A stretch of DNA of 61,649 nt, counting the filler. It is 7 parts of 7 records of this genome, joined end to end, with 100 filler letters (N's around TTAATTAATTAA, not from the genome) between each part and the next. Parts side by side here need not be neighbours in the genome. Positions count along the whole stretch, not along the records: positions 1 to 5,818 come from DRR723986_23135; positions 5,919 to 16,367 come from DRR723986_23312; 5 more parts are not named here. The stretch is one strand, 5' to 3'. Positions 1 to 9,130 of the stretch are shown one piece after another. The notes under the pieces were generated by a model. It was given only the letters and a program-made list of their open reading frames with translations, had not been told where the DNA came from and made no database searches. Position 1 is the first letter of the stretch. Every line of letters begins with the position of its first letter. The translations under genes and the position numbers were made by a program.

Positions 1-1333
1 CGCCCTTTGCCTTGTGGAAGTCGAGGCAGGCGTCCTCCCACTCCAGCCCGGCGGCGGCGATCAGGGCGCGGGCCTGCGGTTCGGGATCGCCGACCAGATC
101 CTCGTAGCGGATCTCATGCAGGCGGTCGCCAAGGCGCGGGCGCCACCAGTCGATGTTCTCGCGGAACCGCTTGATCGTGCGCGCGATGGCGGCGAGGTCG
201 GTGGCGTAGCGATGCGTGCCAAGCGCGAAATGGTTGCGGTAAATCGACAGGGCGATGTCGCGCGGGTCGCGGTGGACGACGATCAGCCGCGCCTCTGGCA
301 GGGCGCGGGCGATGTAGCCGTAGACCAGATGCGACTGGATCGACTTGTCGGTGACGACGCCGGGCGCGCTGCCGGTGTCACGCCGCACGAGGCGGGTGTA
401 GCGCGCGGCATACTCCGCGAGCGCCCCTGCCGAGAGGGTCGCGAGGGGTTTGGCCTGCGCGGCGGGACCGAAGGTGGCCACGGCCTGCGACAGCGCGTGC
501 CCCATCTCTCCGCCTGCGCGCGCGCCGCTGTGGGCGGCGATGATCTGCTCGACCAGCGTGGTGCCGGAGCGGGGCAGGCCGGTGACGAAGACCGCCCGCT
601 GGGGCAGGGGGGCGGTGGGGCTGGTATAGTCCGCAGCGTCCTGCGCGGCGCGAAAGGCTTGCCATTCCGCATCCCGCGCCGCCTCGTCGAAGGGCGCGAT
701 GCGCCCCTGCGCGGCATTGGCGGGGCGCAGGTAGGAAAAGACCTTCTCGGGCTGTCCATTGTCTTCGGCGACCTTGGCCAGCGCAAAGCCCAGCTGCATC
801 CGCCCGTGGTCGTTCAGACGCTTGTCCTGCCAGAAGGCCCGCATCTGGCGCACCAGAGCGTCGGCCGGGGGCAGCTTGGTGACCGTCGACAGCATCCGGT
901 AGAGGTCGAGCTCGTTGGGCTGCTGGCGGATCAGCTTGCGCAGGATCTTCTCTGCGCCGGCGAAATCGCCGGTGTTCTGAAGGTAAAGCGCCTTGTCCGC
1001 CCGTGGGCCGGTTTCCTTGGGCCGCACCGCGATCAGGCGATCGTAAAGGGCCACGACCTCGGACGCATTGCCGATGCGGCCCTGTGCGGTGATGGCGGCG
1101 GTCAGAAGGGCGGGCTCGTCCGGTTTCTTCGCCAGCGCGGCGGAGAGGGCGGCGATCTGCGCCTCGGTGTCGCCACGCATCTCGGCCACGCGCGAGAGGT
1201 GGAACTGCACTTCAGCGGCGCCCCCCGTCGCGACCAGCAGGCCCTTCAACAGCGGTTCGGCCGCGTCGGGCTGCCCGGATTGCAGCAGGCCTAGGGCCTT
1301 CTGGAACTGCGATCGGATGTCTTGGGGGGTCAT
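1..1333 (-). CDS. TPR-containing sulfotransferase (3' end runs off window; alternative start 1348)
   Basis: Manual minus-strand translation (absent from the ORF track): MTPQDIRSQFQKALGLLQSGQPDAAEPLLKGLL (TPR-like), PAPS-binding VFVTGLPRSGTTLVEQII, RDPRDIALSIYRNHF. Confidence 0.88.
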   Translation of the reverse strand, partial: MTPQDIRSQFQKALGLLQSGQPDAAEPLLKGLLVATGGAAEVQFHLSRVAEMRGDTEAQIAALSAALAKKPDEPALLTAAITAQGRIGNASEVVALYDRLIAVRPKETGPRADKALYLQNTGDFAGAEKILRKLIRQQPNELDLYRMLSTVTKLPPADALVRQMRAFWQDKRLNDHGRMQLGFALAKVAEDNGQPEKVFSYLRPANAAQGRIAPFDEAARDAEWQAFRAAQDAADYTSPTAPLPQRAVFVTGLPRSGTTLVEQIIAAHSGARAGGEMGHALSQAVATFGPAAQAKPLATLSAGALAEYAARYTRLVRRDTGSAPGVVTDKSIQSHLVYGYIARALPEARLIVVHRDPRDIALSIYRNHFALGTHRYATDLAAIARTIKRFRENIDWWRPRLGDRLHEIRYEDLVGDPEPQARALIAAAGLEWEDACLDFHKAKG

Positions 1334-1366
1334 GACGGCCTCGGGCATGTGCCGGGCCGTTGAACC

Positions 1367-1399
1367 AAAAGAAAAGAGCGGACGCAAGCGCCCGCTCTT
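1367..1399 (-). terminator. Intrinsic terminator of the porin gene
   Basis: Stem AAGAGCGG..CCGCTCTT followed by a U-rich tract on the minus strand, about 25 nt after the porin stop. Confidence 0.7.
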
Positions 1400-1423
1400 C
1401 CCTAAGCCGAATGGCTGGTGTCC

Positions 1424-2464
1424 TTAGAAGGACATTGCCAGACCCAGCGACCAGGTGTCTTCGTAGTCGAGGGGGCCGGAGATTTCGCCAGCGCCGTAGC
1501 CGAGCTGACCGACGAGACCGCCGCCGAAGTCGTAGTTGGCGACCAGACCGAAGCCCGAGGAGTCACCGCCGTCGAAGTCGTACTCGCCGTAGTTGGCTGC
1601 GAGGGTCAGAGCGTTCATGGTGTATGCAACGCCCACGCCCCAGTGGCTGCCGTCGTCCAGGCCGCCCGAGGTGTCGTCGGACATTTTGGAGTAGTTCAGC
1701 ACAGCCTGCAGGCCGTTGTCGAAGGTGGTTGCAACGCTGACGCCCAGCTCGCTGTCGTAGAGCGACGACGCTTCGTCAACCTGGATGTAGCCCAGGCCGA
1801 GTGCGAGGTCGAGACCGGCCAGATCGGCGTTGTAGGACACACCGATTGCATAGGACGGATCGAAGGTTTTGGTGCGGTCCGGCGAGGTCGAAACCGACAT
1901 GGTGAACGCGTCGAACGAGTAGTCGAAGCGGATTTCCTGGCCGCCGTAGGCTTCGTCGAAGGACGAGTGGCCGTTCCAGCCCGGGTGCACGGTTTCGTCG
2001 TCGTTGATCGAGCCGCCGGCGAGGTTGGTCTCGGTCAGGCGAGCGTCGAACGCGGAGTCGGTGTCACCAACGGTCAGACGGGCTGCGCCGTATGCCAGGA
2101 AGATGGTGGCGTCGGGCAGGCGAGCGGAGTCGTCGGTGTTCGCGTCACCGCCGCAAACCGGGATCACGGTGCCGGCGGCCGGCAGGACGGCGGGAACGAC
2201 GATCGCGCACTGGTCGTCAGCAGGTTCGTCCAAGTCGATGCTTGCACCGAAGGTCAGGCCGTTGTCGGCTTCGCCGGTCATCGAGAAGGTCACGTCGATG
2301 TCGGTGAAGACCTGAGTCTCGGAGATGTCACCGGTGTAGAAGTCGCCCGATGCGTTTTCGTTGTAGACCAGGCCCAGCTCGGCGGAGCCGGTGATGGTCA
2401 CTTCGGCTGCTGCTGCACCCGCGACGGCAACCAGTGCGGTGGTCGCAAACAGGATGTTTTTCAT
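1424..2464 (-). CDS. Outer-membrane porin (Rhodobacter-type)
   Basis: Signal peptide MKNILFATTALVAVAGAAAAE, FSMTGEADNGLTFGASIDLDE motif, TVGDTDSAFD, C-terminal Phe. Confidence 0.92.
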   Translation of the reverse strand: MKNILFATTALVAVAGAAAAEVTITGSAELGLVYNENASGDFYTGDISETQVFTDIDVTFSMTGEADNGLTFGASIDLDEPADDQCAIVVPAVLPAAGTVIPVCGGDANTDDSARLPDATIFLAYGAARLTVGDTDSAFDARLTETNLAGGSINDDETVHPGWNGHSSFDEAYGGQEIRFDYSFDAFTMSVSTSPDRTKTFDPSYAIGVSYNADLAGLDLALGLGYIQVDEASSLYDSELGVSVATTFDNGLQAVLNYSKMSDDTSGGLDDGSHWGVGVAYTMNALTLAANYGEYDFDGGDSSGFGLVANYDFGGGLVGQLGYGAGEISGPLDYEDTWSLGLAMSF

Positions 2465-2734
2465 TGTTTCCCTCATGTGTTCAAAGGCACGTACCAAGCC
2501 GGTGTTCCGACCTTGATGCGGTTTCTATGCGCCCCACGGCCCCGCCTTTGCAACCCGTCCGAAAACGTGCACCGCAACAAGCGGATCAGTGATGCGCAAT
2601 TGTCACAAGGCCTTTGCCCCACGGGGCTTTTGCCGCTGTTTCCCGCGGAAAATCGCCGATCATTGGTATCTTGCCGCCATGGCCCCCCGCTTGTATGCAG
2701 GGTGCCGAAACGATCCGAGGTGGGAGAGGGTGAC

Positions 2735-3235
2735 ATGCGCATTTCGCGACTCGTAACCGGCACGGCGCTGGTCCTTGTGCTGGCCGCGACGGCGGGCTGC
2801 GGAAGCCGGGACCGCCAGCCGGTCCAGACTCCCGACGCCGATCAGATTCTCAAGGAGATCGACCTCGAGAAGGGCCGCCGCGGACGCTCGCGTTCGACCA
2901 TCTGGGACATCTTCCGGGCGCGCGAGGATGCCGGGCAGGTGGGCGCGGTGAACAAGTACATCTGGAACGCCTCTCTCGAAACGCTGGATTTCCTGCCGGT
3001 GCAATCGGTCGATCCCTTCACCGGGGTGATCACCACCGGCTTCGGCACGCCCCCGGGCGGCGGTCGGGCGTATCGCGCGACGATCTACGTCAGCGACCCG
3101 GCGCTGGACGCGCGGTCGCTGAATGTCGCGCTGATGACGAACTCCGGTCCCGCACCCGAAGCGACCGTGCGCGCCATCGAGGACGCCATCCTCACCCGCG
3201 CCCGTCAGCTGCGGGCGCAGGACAGCCGCATCTGA
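2735..3235 (+). CDS. DUF3576 lipoprotein
   Basis: Lipobox-like TAGC, VNKYIWNASLETLDFLP..DPFTGVI, EDAILTRARQLR; SD GGAGAGG upstream; divergent from the porin. Confidence 0.85.
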   Translation: MRISRLVTGTALVLVLAATAGCGSRDRQPVQTPDADQILKEIDLEKGRRGRSRSTIWDIFRAREDAGQVGAVNKYIWNASLETLDFLPVQSVDPFTGVITTGFGTPPGGGRAYRATIYVSDPALDARSLNVALMTNSGPAPEATVRAIEDAILTRARQLRAQDSRI

Positions 3236-3310
3236 ACCGGCCCCCCGGCGCGGCCCGCGGGCCGGCACGGGGGAGTGGCCGTTTGCCTCTGAAGGACGGC
3301 CCCCGAGGGG

Positions 3311-4570
3311 TCAGTCCAGAGGCGGTCGCGGCTCTTGCGCGGCCAGCCGCATGACCCAATCGACATGTTTCGGAAGGCAGAGGCGCTGCAGGTCGTAGTG
3401 CTCCTGCGCGAAGGTCCGGGCCGCCCGCCCCAGCCGCGCGCGCGCAGCCGGATCGTCGAGCAGGGCGCACAGCCTTTCGGTCAGGGCATCGGTGTCGAAG
3501 AAATCGACCATCCGGCCGGTCTCGTCCTCGGTCATGACTTCGCGCACCGGCTCCGTGTCGCTGGCGAGAATCGCGCAGCCCGCGCTCATGGCCTCGAGCA
3601 GGGACCATGACAGCACGAAGGGGTAGGTCAGGTAGACATGCGCGGTGCTGACCTGCATCATCGCAAGGAAACGCTCGTAGGGCACGCGACCGAGGAAATG
3701 CACGCGGTTCCAATGCGGCGTGGGGATGCGCCCGCGCACCTCGTCGATGAAGATCTGTTTCCACGTCTGGCCCTTCGGCGGACGCGCCCCGTAAGAGGTG
3801 TCGTCGCCCCCCAGAAGCACCACATGCGCGTTCGGGCGGCGCTTCAGGATGCCCGGAAGCGCGCGCATGAAGATGTGGTAGCCGCGGTAGGGTTCGAGGT
3901 TGCGGTTGATGAAGGTGATGACCTCGTCGTCGCGGGTCAGGGCGCTGCCATCGTCCAGCGTGAGCCGCGCCCCGGGGTCGGGCCGCACCAGATCGGTGTC
4001 GATGCCGTCATGGGCGACGGTGATCCGGCTTTGCCACTCTGGCGGAAAGGTCGAGGCCTGAAAGCGGGTGGGCGAGATGCCGGCGTCCATGACCTCTTGG
4101 TGCAGGCGGTTGTTGAGGTTCTTCAGGCGGATGCGCAGGCCGTCGGTGTCGGGCGTGCGGCTGGGAAACTCGGGGTCGAAGTTCAGGAAGGGCTTCTGCG
4201 ACAGGTGGTAGAGTTCGCAATACAGGCCCAGCCGCGCATTGGGCCAGACGTCCTTGAGGAACAGGCTTTCGCCCCAGCCGTGATGCGCGCAGATCACATC
4301 GGGCTCGAACCCCTGCTTCTTCAGCGCCAGCGCGCCCTGATAGCAGGAGGTGCCGCGCAGAAGCTTCGTCTCGAAATCCGAAAGCCACGGGTGGATGCCC
4401 TGCGTGCTGGAGCCGCGGATCGCATAGGGCACGATCTGCACACCCTTCCAGCGCTGCGGTTCCTTCACCTTGCAGGTGAGCGCCACGACCTGATGGCCCA
4501 GTGCGACCAACGCCGGGGCGAGGTGCTTGTATTGCCCGGGAAAGTTCTGGTGGATCAGCAGGATCTTCAT
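3311..4570 (-). CDS. Glycosyltransferase family 4
   Basis: IHQNFPGQY, HHGWGESLFL, RNLEPYRGYH, YLTYPFVLSWSLLEAMSAG motifs. Confidence 0.92.
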   Translation of the reverse strand: MKILLIHQNFPGQYKHLAPALVALGHQVVALTCKVKEPQRWKGVQIVPYAIRGSSTQGIHPWLSDFETKLLRGTSCYQGALALKKQGFEPDVICAHHGWGESLFLKDVWPNARLGLYCELYHLSQKPFLNFDPEFPSRTPDTDGLRIRLKNLNNRLHQEVMDAGISPTRFQASTFPPEWQSRITVAHDGIDTDLVRPDPGARLTLDDGSALTRDDEVITFINRNLEPYRGYHIFMRALPGILKRRPNAHVVLLGGDDTSYGARPPKGQTWKQIFIDEVRGRIPTPHWNRVHFLGRVPYERFLAMMQVSTAHVYLTYPFVLSWSLLEAMSAGCAILASDTEPVREVMTEDETGRMVDFFDTDALTERLCALLDDPAARARLGRAARTFAQEHYDLQRLCLPKHVDWVMRLAAQEPRPPLD

Positions 4571-4831
4571 GCGCGCCCTCGTCTTGGTCCCGGATCTTCT
4601 GCCATGGCGGCAGCGGCGAGGCCAAGAGGGGCGCGGATCGACCGGCCCGGTGTGCGGCAGTCATGCCAGCCTTGGGTGGTCGGAACTGTCCGGCCGCGAC
4701 GAGAGCGCGAAAAAGCGCGGCTTCGGGATACCAGACCTGCGGGGGGCGTCAGGAAAGCCGGGCCCCGGCGCCATGGCGCCGGCCCGGCTTTCGGCACTAT
4801 CCGGGACGGCGGGCCGTGGCCCGCGCCCCTG

Positions 4832-5155
4832 TCACGCGTCGTCGCCCTTGGGCGGCAGGGCCTCGGCCAGTTCCTCGAAGGCCTGACCGCTGGCCACGAG
4901 GCAGGTGACGCCGTTGGTCATGGTCACGGTGATCGTCCACGACCCGGATTCGGCGGAGGCAAAGACCTCCATCACCGCGTTGTTGGACCCAAGGCCCATG
5001 CTCTGCCGGGTCTCGCCGTATTTCGTCGCGAGGCGTTCCACCACCTTGTCGCGCGGTGCGCAGTGCTGCGTCGCCTGCTGCGCCTCCAGAAGGGTTGCCG
5101 CGCCCAGCAGGATCCCGGCGGAGAGCATACCCAGCTTCACGAACTTGTCCGTCAT
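4832..5155 (-). CDS. Conserved secreted hypothetical protein
   Basis: Signal peptide followed by CAPRDKVVERLATKYGE..GSWTITVT..CLVASG, recognised as a small alphaproteobacterial family. Confidence 0.7.
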   Translation of the reverse strand: MTDKFVKLGMLSAGILLGAATLLEAQQATQHCAPRDKVVERLATKYGETRQSMGLGSNNAVMEVFASAESGSWTITVTMTNGVTCLVASGQAFEELAEALPPKGDDA

Positions 5156-5512
5156 CGTCGTCACCTTTCGGCTGGTACCGGACACGCCATCGCTTTGCGG
5201 GTCGCGTCGGTACGGATTGGGTCCCCTCAGATCCCCGGGCGCCGGTCTTGTAGCCAGACCCCACGCCCCGGCCCGTTCTGAGCCACGACCCATCCTCGCG
5301 GCGGGCCTCCTTCCAATCCGTTAACGCTCCGGACGTTGCCGACAATTCTCTGTAATTTTCGCCGAACGGCGCCTTGAAACCGGGCAATGACCGGCTGCCG
5401 GGTCCGAGAATCGCCCGAATCCGGATTTCCTCTGCAGTGCGGCATTTCGGCCTTGAATTTTCCGGCAAGAAATGTGCATTCAGGCGCAATATTGTTGCGC
5501 AGGGAGACTCGC

Positions 5513-5818
5513 ATGGACATGGCCACCCGTCCTTACCGTTCCGTCCTCTACATCCCCGGCTCGAAAGAGCGGGCGCTGGAAAAGGCGCGGTCCCTGCCGG
5601 TCGACGCGGTGATCTTCGACCTCGAAGATGCCGTTGCGCCTGCGGAAAAGACCTCTGCCCGCGACACGCTGGCGGCGGCGCTGGCGCAGTCCTACGGCAA
5701 CCGGGTGCGAATCGTGCGGATCAACGGGCTGGAGACCGAGTGGGGCGAGGCCGATGCCCGCGCCGCCGAGGCCATGGATTGCGATGCCGTGCTGCTGCCC
5801 AAGGTCGAAAGCGCGGCG
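5513..5818 (+). CDS. mcl2: (3S)-malyl-CoA thioesterase / CitE-family CoA ester lyase (truncated by contig end)
   Basis: RSVLYIPGSKERALEKA..DAVIFDLEDAV..RIVRINGLETEWG. Confidence 0.75.
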
Positions 5819-5918
5819 NNNNNNNNNNNNNNNNNNNNNNNNNNNNNNNNNNNNNNNNNNNNTTAATTAATTAANNNNNNNNNNNNNNNNNNNNNNNNNN
5901 NNNNNNNNNNNNNNNNNN
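5819..5918. other. Artificial contig linker
   Basis: 44 N + TTAATTAATTAA + 44 N. Confidence 0.98.
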
Positions 5919-6106
5919 GGGGGCATATCCGGGTGCCGGATCAGGTTGTGGGGCTGTCCCACCAGTTCATCAATACTGTAGCCGGCGACTTCCGCGAATT
6001 CTTCATTGGCAGCGGTAATCTTGCCCTTCAGATCTGTGGTGGTAATCAGGTGATAGTGCGCGGGGTATTCGCGCTCGTGACCGGTAACCGGTTCGTTCCT
6101 GCGCAT
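5919..6106 (-). CDS. aer: Aerotaxis receptor-like PAS chemoreceptor, N-terminal fragment
   Basis: MRRNEPVTGHE..LITTTDLKGKIT.AN..F..VAGY...ELVGQPHNLIRHPDMP. Confidence 0.8.
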
Positions 6107-6333
6107 GGGGCGCTCCTGCGGGGCGTTTGTTTCATTTTGCACCTACTATCGACCTGTATTCGTTGGCGGGGTATCCGAATATTGCAAATGTTGAAATTGT
6201 GTTCACATTTTCTCAGCCTTTCGTCAAAGATAAGGCGGTTTTGCAAAATATGGATAGGTTTGCGACGTTTTCTGCCTATGCTGGGACAAAAGAGCCTGCC
6301 TGTAGCAGGTCGGACACGGAAGGTATTTGGCGT

Positions 6334-7992
6334 ATGCAGGCGTTGACAGAACAGGACTTCAAAGCCCTGGTGGATAATCATCCGCGAGCCATCATGCTTT
6401 CAACTCCGGACGCAGTCATTACCTATGTGAACCGGATGTTCCAGGCCGTGACCGGCTACCGCCCAGAGGAAGTCCTGGGCCGGGCACCGTCGGTGCTCAG
6501 TTCCGGACTGCACTCGCCGGAGTTCTATCAGGCCATGTGGGAAAGCCTGAATGAGAGCGGTCGATGGGAAGGCCTGATCTGGAACCGGCGCAAGAGCGGC
6601 GAGAACTATCCCCAGTGGCTGACCATCTACCCGGTGGACTATCAGGGCAAGCGCCTGTACGCCGGTGTGTTCATGGATGTGGGTGAGCTGGCTGCCAGCG
6701 AGGAACGACTGGCGACCCTGGCCTATTATGATCCCCTCACGGAACTGCCCAACCGTTCATTGTTCCAGTAATTCCTGAAGGCCCGGGTCAACCAGCGTAA
6801 AGACACCGCTGATCTGTTTGCGGTGCTTTATATCGACCTGGACTTTTTCAAGTCTGTGAACGACTTGCATGGCCACGATTGTGGCGACCGGGTGCTGCAA
6901 CAGGCTGCGGCCTGTATCCAGGCCGTGGTTCGCAAGGGCGATGTGATTGCCCGGCTATCGGGGGATGAGTTTGCCGCCATCATCGAACTGGATACCAAAG
7001 ATCAACTGAAAGCGGTGTGTGAGCGCATGACCCATGTGTTCCGGGCACCCGTGATGGTGGAGCACCGGGAATATTTTCTCTCCGCCTCGGTGGGCGCCGC
7101 TATCTATCCGAATCACGGCGAGACCGCGGGTGAATTGCTGCAGAATGCCGACCGGGCCATGTATACCGCGAAACTGGCCGGGCGGGCCTGCTACCGGATC
7201 TACAGTGCGAGCGAAATCCAGCATGGCCAGCAGCAACAACGGCTGTCCGAAGCCCTCGTGGCTTCCCTGAAAGTGGCGCCGGAGGAATTCTCGGTGGTGT
7301 ACCAGCCCCAGTACGATCTTGCCACCGGCGCCATGGCCGGGATGGAGGCTCTTTTGCGCTGGCAACATCCTGAGCTGGGGGCGGTGTCTCCGGGGGACTT
7401 TGTCCCGGTGGCCGAGCAGCGCGGGCACATCCACGAACTGACCGAGCAACTGATCCGGTGCATCCGTCGGGATCTGGAGGCCTGCGCTGTCGATCATGGC
7501 CGAAGCCGACGCCTGGCCATTAACATTTCCGCCCGCCAGATTGCTGATGGCCGGCTGGATGGATTGTTGGAGCCCTTCTTCGAACGGGTTCGACAGGTTG
7601 GCTGGCAGCCGGAAATCGAGATTACTGAAACCCACCTGATGAACCTGTCACGCCGTTGCCTGGACAAACTCCGGGAATTCGGTGACAAGGGCGTGGTCGT
7701 TGCCATTGACGACTTCGGTACCGGGTATTCCTCGCTGGCGTATCTGCATGCGCTACCTGTGAATGTGCTCAAGATCGATCAGCAGTTTGTTCAGCGGCTG
7801 GGGCAGGATGGCAGGGATTCGCGGATTGTCTCCGCCATTCTGGCCATCGCCGAGGCGCTGAGTCTGGAGGTGGTAGCGGAGGGCATCGAGACCGAGATTC
7901 AGAAACGCAAGCTCCAGGAATTGAACTGTCACCGTGGCCAGGGCTACCTGATGGCCCGGCCGTCCCCCCTGGATGAGCTGCCACTGGATTGA
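6334..7992 (+). pseudogene. PAS-GGDEF-EAL c-di-GMP enzyme with an in-frame TAA at 6769-6771
   Basis: The two track ORFs share one frame: YYDPLTELPNRSLFQ*FLKAR..YIDLDFFKSVND..SGDEF..MEALLRW..IDDFGTGYSSL. Confidence 0.8.
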
Positions 7993-8046
7993 TAAGAATC
8001 AATTAACAGGCAAACTCCGTCCCGTTTCTTGCCGTTTTGCAAGATT

Positions 8047-8061
8047 TGGCTAGGGGTTTGC
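8047..8061 (+). promoter_or_regulatory. Possible sigma-54 -24/-12 promoter for the AraC gene
   Basis: TGGCTAGGGGTTTGC has GG and GC at canonical spacing, about 50 nt before the ATG. Confidence 0.3.
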
Positions 8062-8110
8062 GGCACGCTGGCTTAAAACAGCAAGCTCACTCACTGCCTG
8101 TTCACGCTGT

Positions 8111-9076
8111 ATGCGCAATCTCACTGCCAAACCGGATCTGGATGCCTACCTTCGACTCAATCGCGCTGCAGCCGGCGAATGGCAGGCGGCTATCCGTGAG
8201 TTGCTGGCCTGTGATGACGTTGGTCTCACTCTTGAGCGGCCGCAAACTGTTGCTGGGTCGCTGTCTTCCCTGAGTGTTGATCGTGGGGTCGTGTGTGCCC
8301 TGGATCTGGCCCAGGATGCCGAGGTGCATCTGTGCGGACTGCCTGGGACATTGCTGGTGGTGCCGGTATCGGGGCAGTGCGATGTATTGGTGAATGGCGA
8401 TTGCAGACAGCCGGCTTTCCCGATGGCCGCCATCACCTCCAGCCAGGCAATTTCCGTGCGCGCCTGTGGGCAGTCCCGGCTGATTCTGTTAAACCCGGAA
8501 CAATGGTGCGGCAGCGCCAGGCCAGGGCAGGGGGTGTTAGCCTGGATGGCGGAACGGGTGCATCACTTTCTGTTGCGCTCCAACTTCTTCCAGGATCACA
8601 ACGATGCCTGCGCTGCGGCCGATAGCCTGTTTGACGAACTGGACAGCATCGCCCGAGAGGGTGGTTGTGAACCTAACGAAACGCCCCCGGAGCTCGATCG
8701 CCGGCTTCTCCGGGTTATCGACAAAATCCGCATGGAGCCCGCCTGGGAGTTTGATTTGCAGGAGCTGGCAAACCATTCCGGGGTCAGCGAGCGCAATCTG
8801 TATTATCTGATGAAGCGGGAAACCGGAATGACCCCCTACCGTTTCTACCAGCGCTGTCGGTTGATCCGGGTACGGCGCAGGCTGGTGGATTGCCAGTGCG
8901 ATGTGCCCCATATTTCCTGGTACGCCGCCGATGAGGGATTTTCACATCTGGGGCGGTTTGCTGCGCTGTACCGGGAACATTTCGGTGAGTTGCCCAGCGA
9001 GACCGTCCAGTGGCGCCGCCGTCTGCAGACGGGAGAAGCAGCGTTGGAAGCGCCGGACAGGATCGTTGCTTCCTGA
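8111..9076 (+). CDS. AraC-family transcriptional regulator
   Basis: C-terminal double HTH: LANHSGVSERNLYYLM..GMTP..GFSHLGRFAALYREHFGELPSET. Confidence 0.9.
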   Translation: MRNLTAKPDLDAYLRLNRAAAGEWQAAIRELLACDDVGLTLERPQTVAGSLSSLSVDRGVVCALDLAQDAEVHLCGLPGTLLVVPVSGQCDVLVNGDCRQPAFPMAAITSSQAISVRACGQSRLILLNPEQWCGSARPGQGVLAWMAERVHHFLLRSNFFQDHNDACAAADSLFDELDSIAREGGCEPNETPPELDRRLLRVIDKIRMEPAWEFDLQELANHSGVSERNLYYLMKRETGMTPYRFYQRCRLIRVRRRLVDCQCDVPHISWYAADEGFSHLGRFAALYREHFGELPSETVQWRRRLQTGEAALEAPDRIVAS

Positions 9077-9077
9077 C

Positions 9078-9115
9078 AAAAAAAGCCCGACATGACGCCA
9101 TGCCGGGCTTTTTTG
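9078..9115. terminator. Bidirectional intrinsic terminator
   Basis: A-tract, GCCCGACATG..CATGCCGGGC stem, T-tract, between convergent genes. Confidence 0.85.
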
Positions 9116-9130
9116 TGTTGCTGTGCGGGG

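Noticed and set aside
14-1294. 426-aa plus-strand ORF, and similar long shadow ORFs (the 1418-2734 extension, 3638-5281, 57242-58060, 60584-61180)
   Set aside because: These are antisense shadows of real genes in high-GC DNA; the opposite strand carries the recognisable motifs.
6189-6210. CRP-like site TGAAA-N6-TCACA between aer and the c-di-GMP gene
   Set aside because: The left half-site is weak (3/5); not supportable without comparative data.
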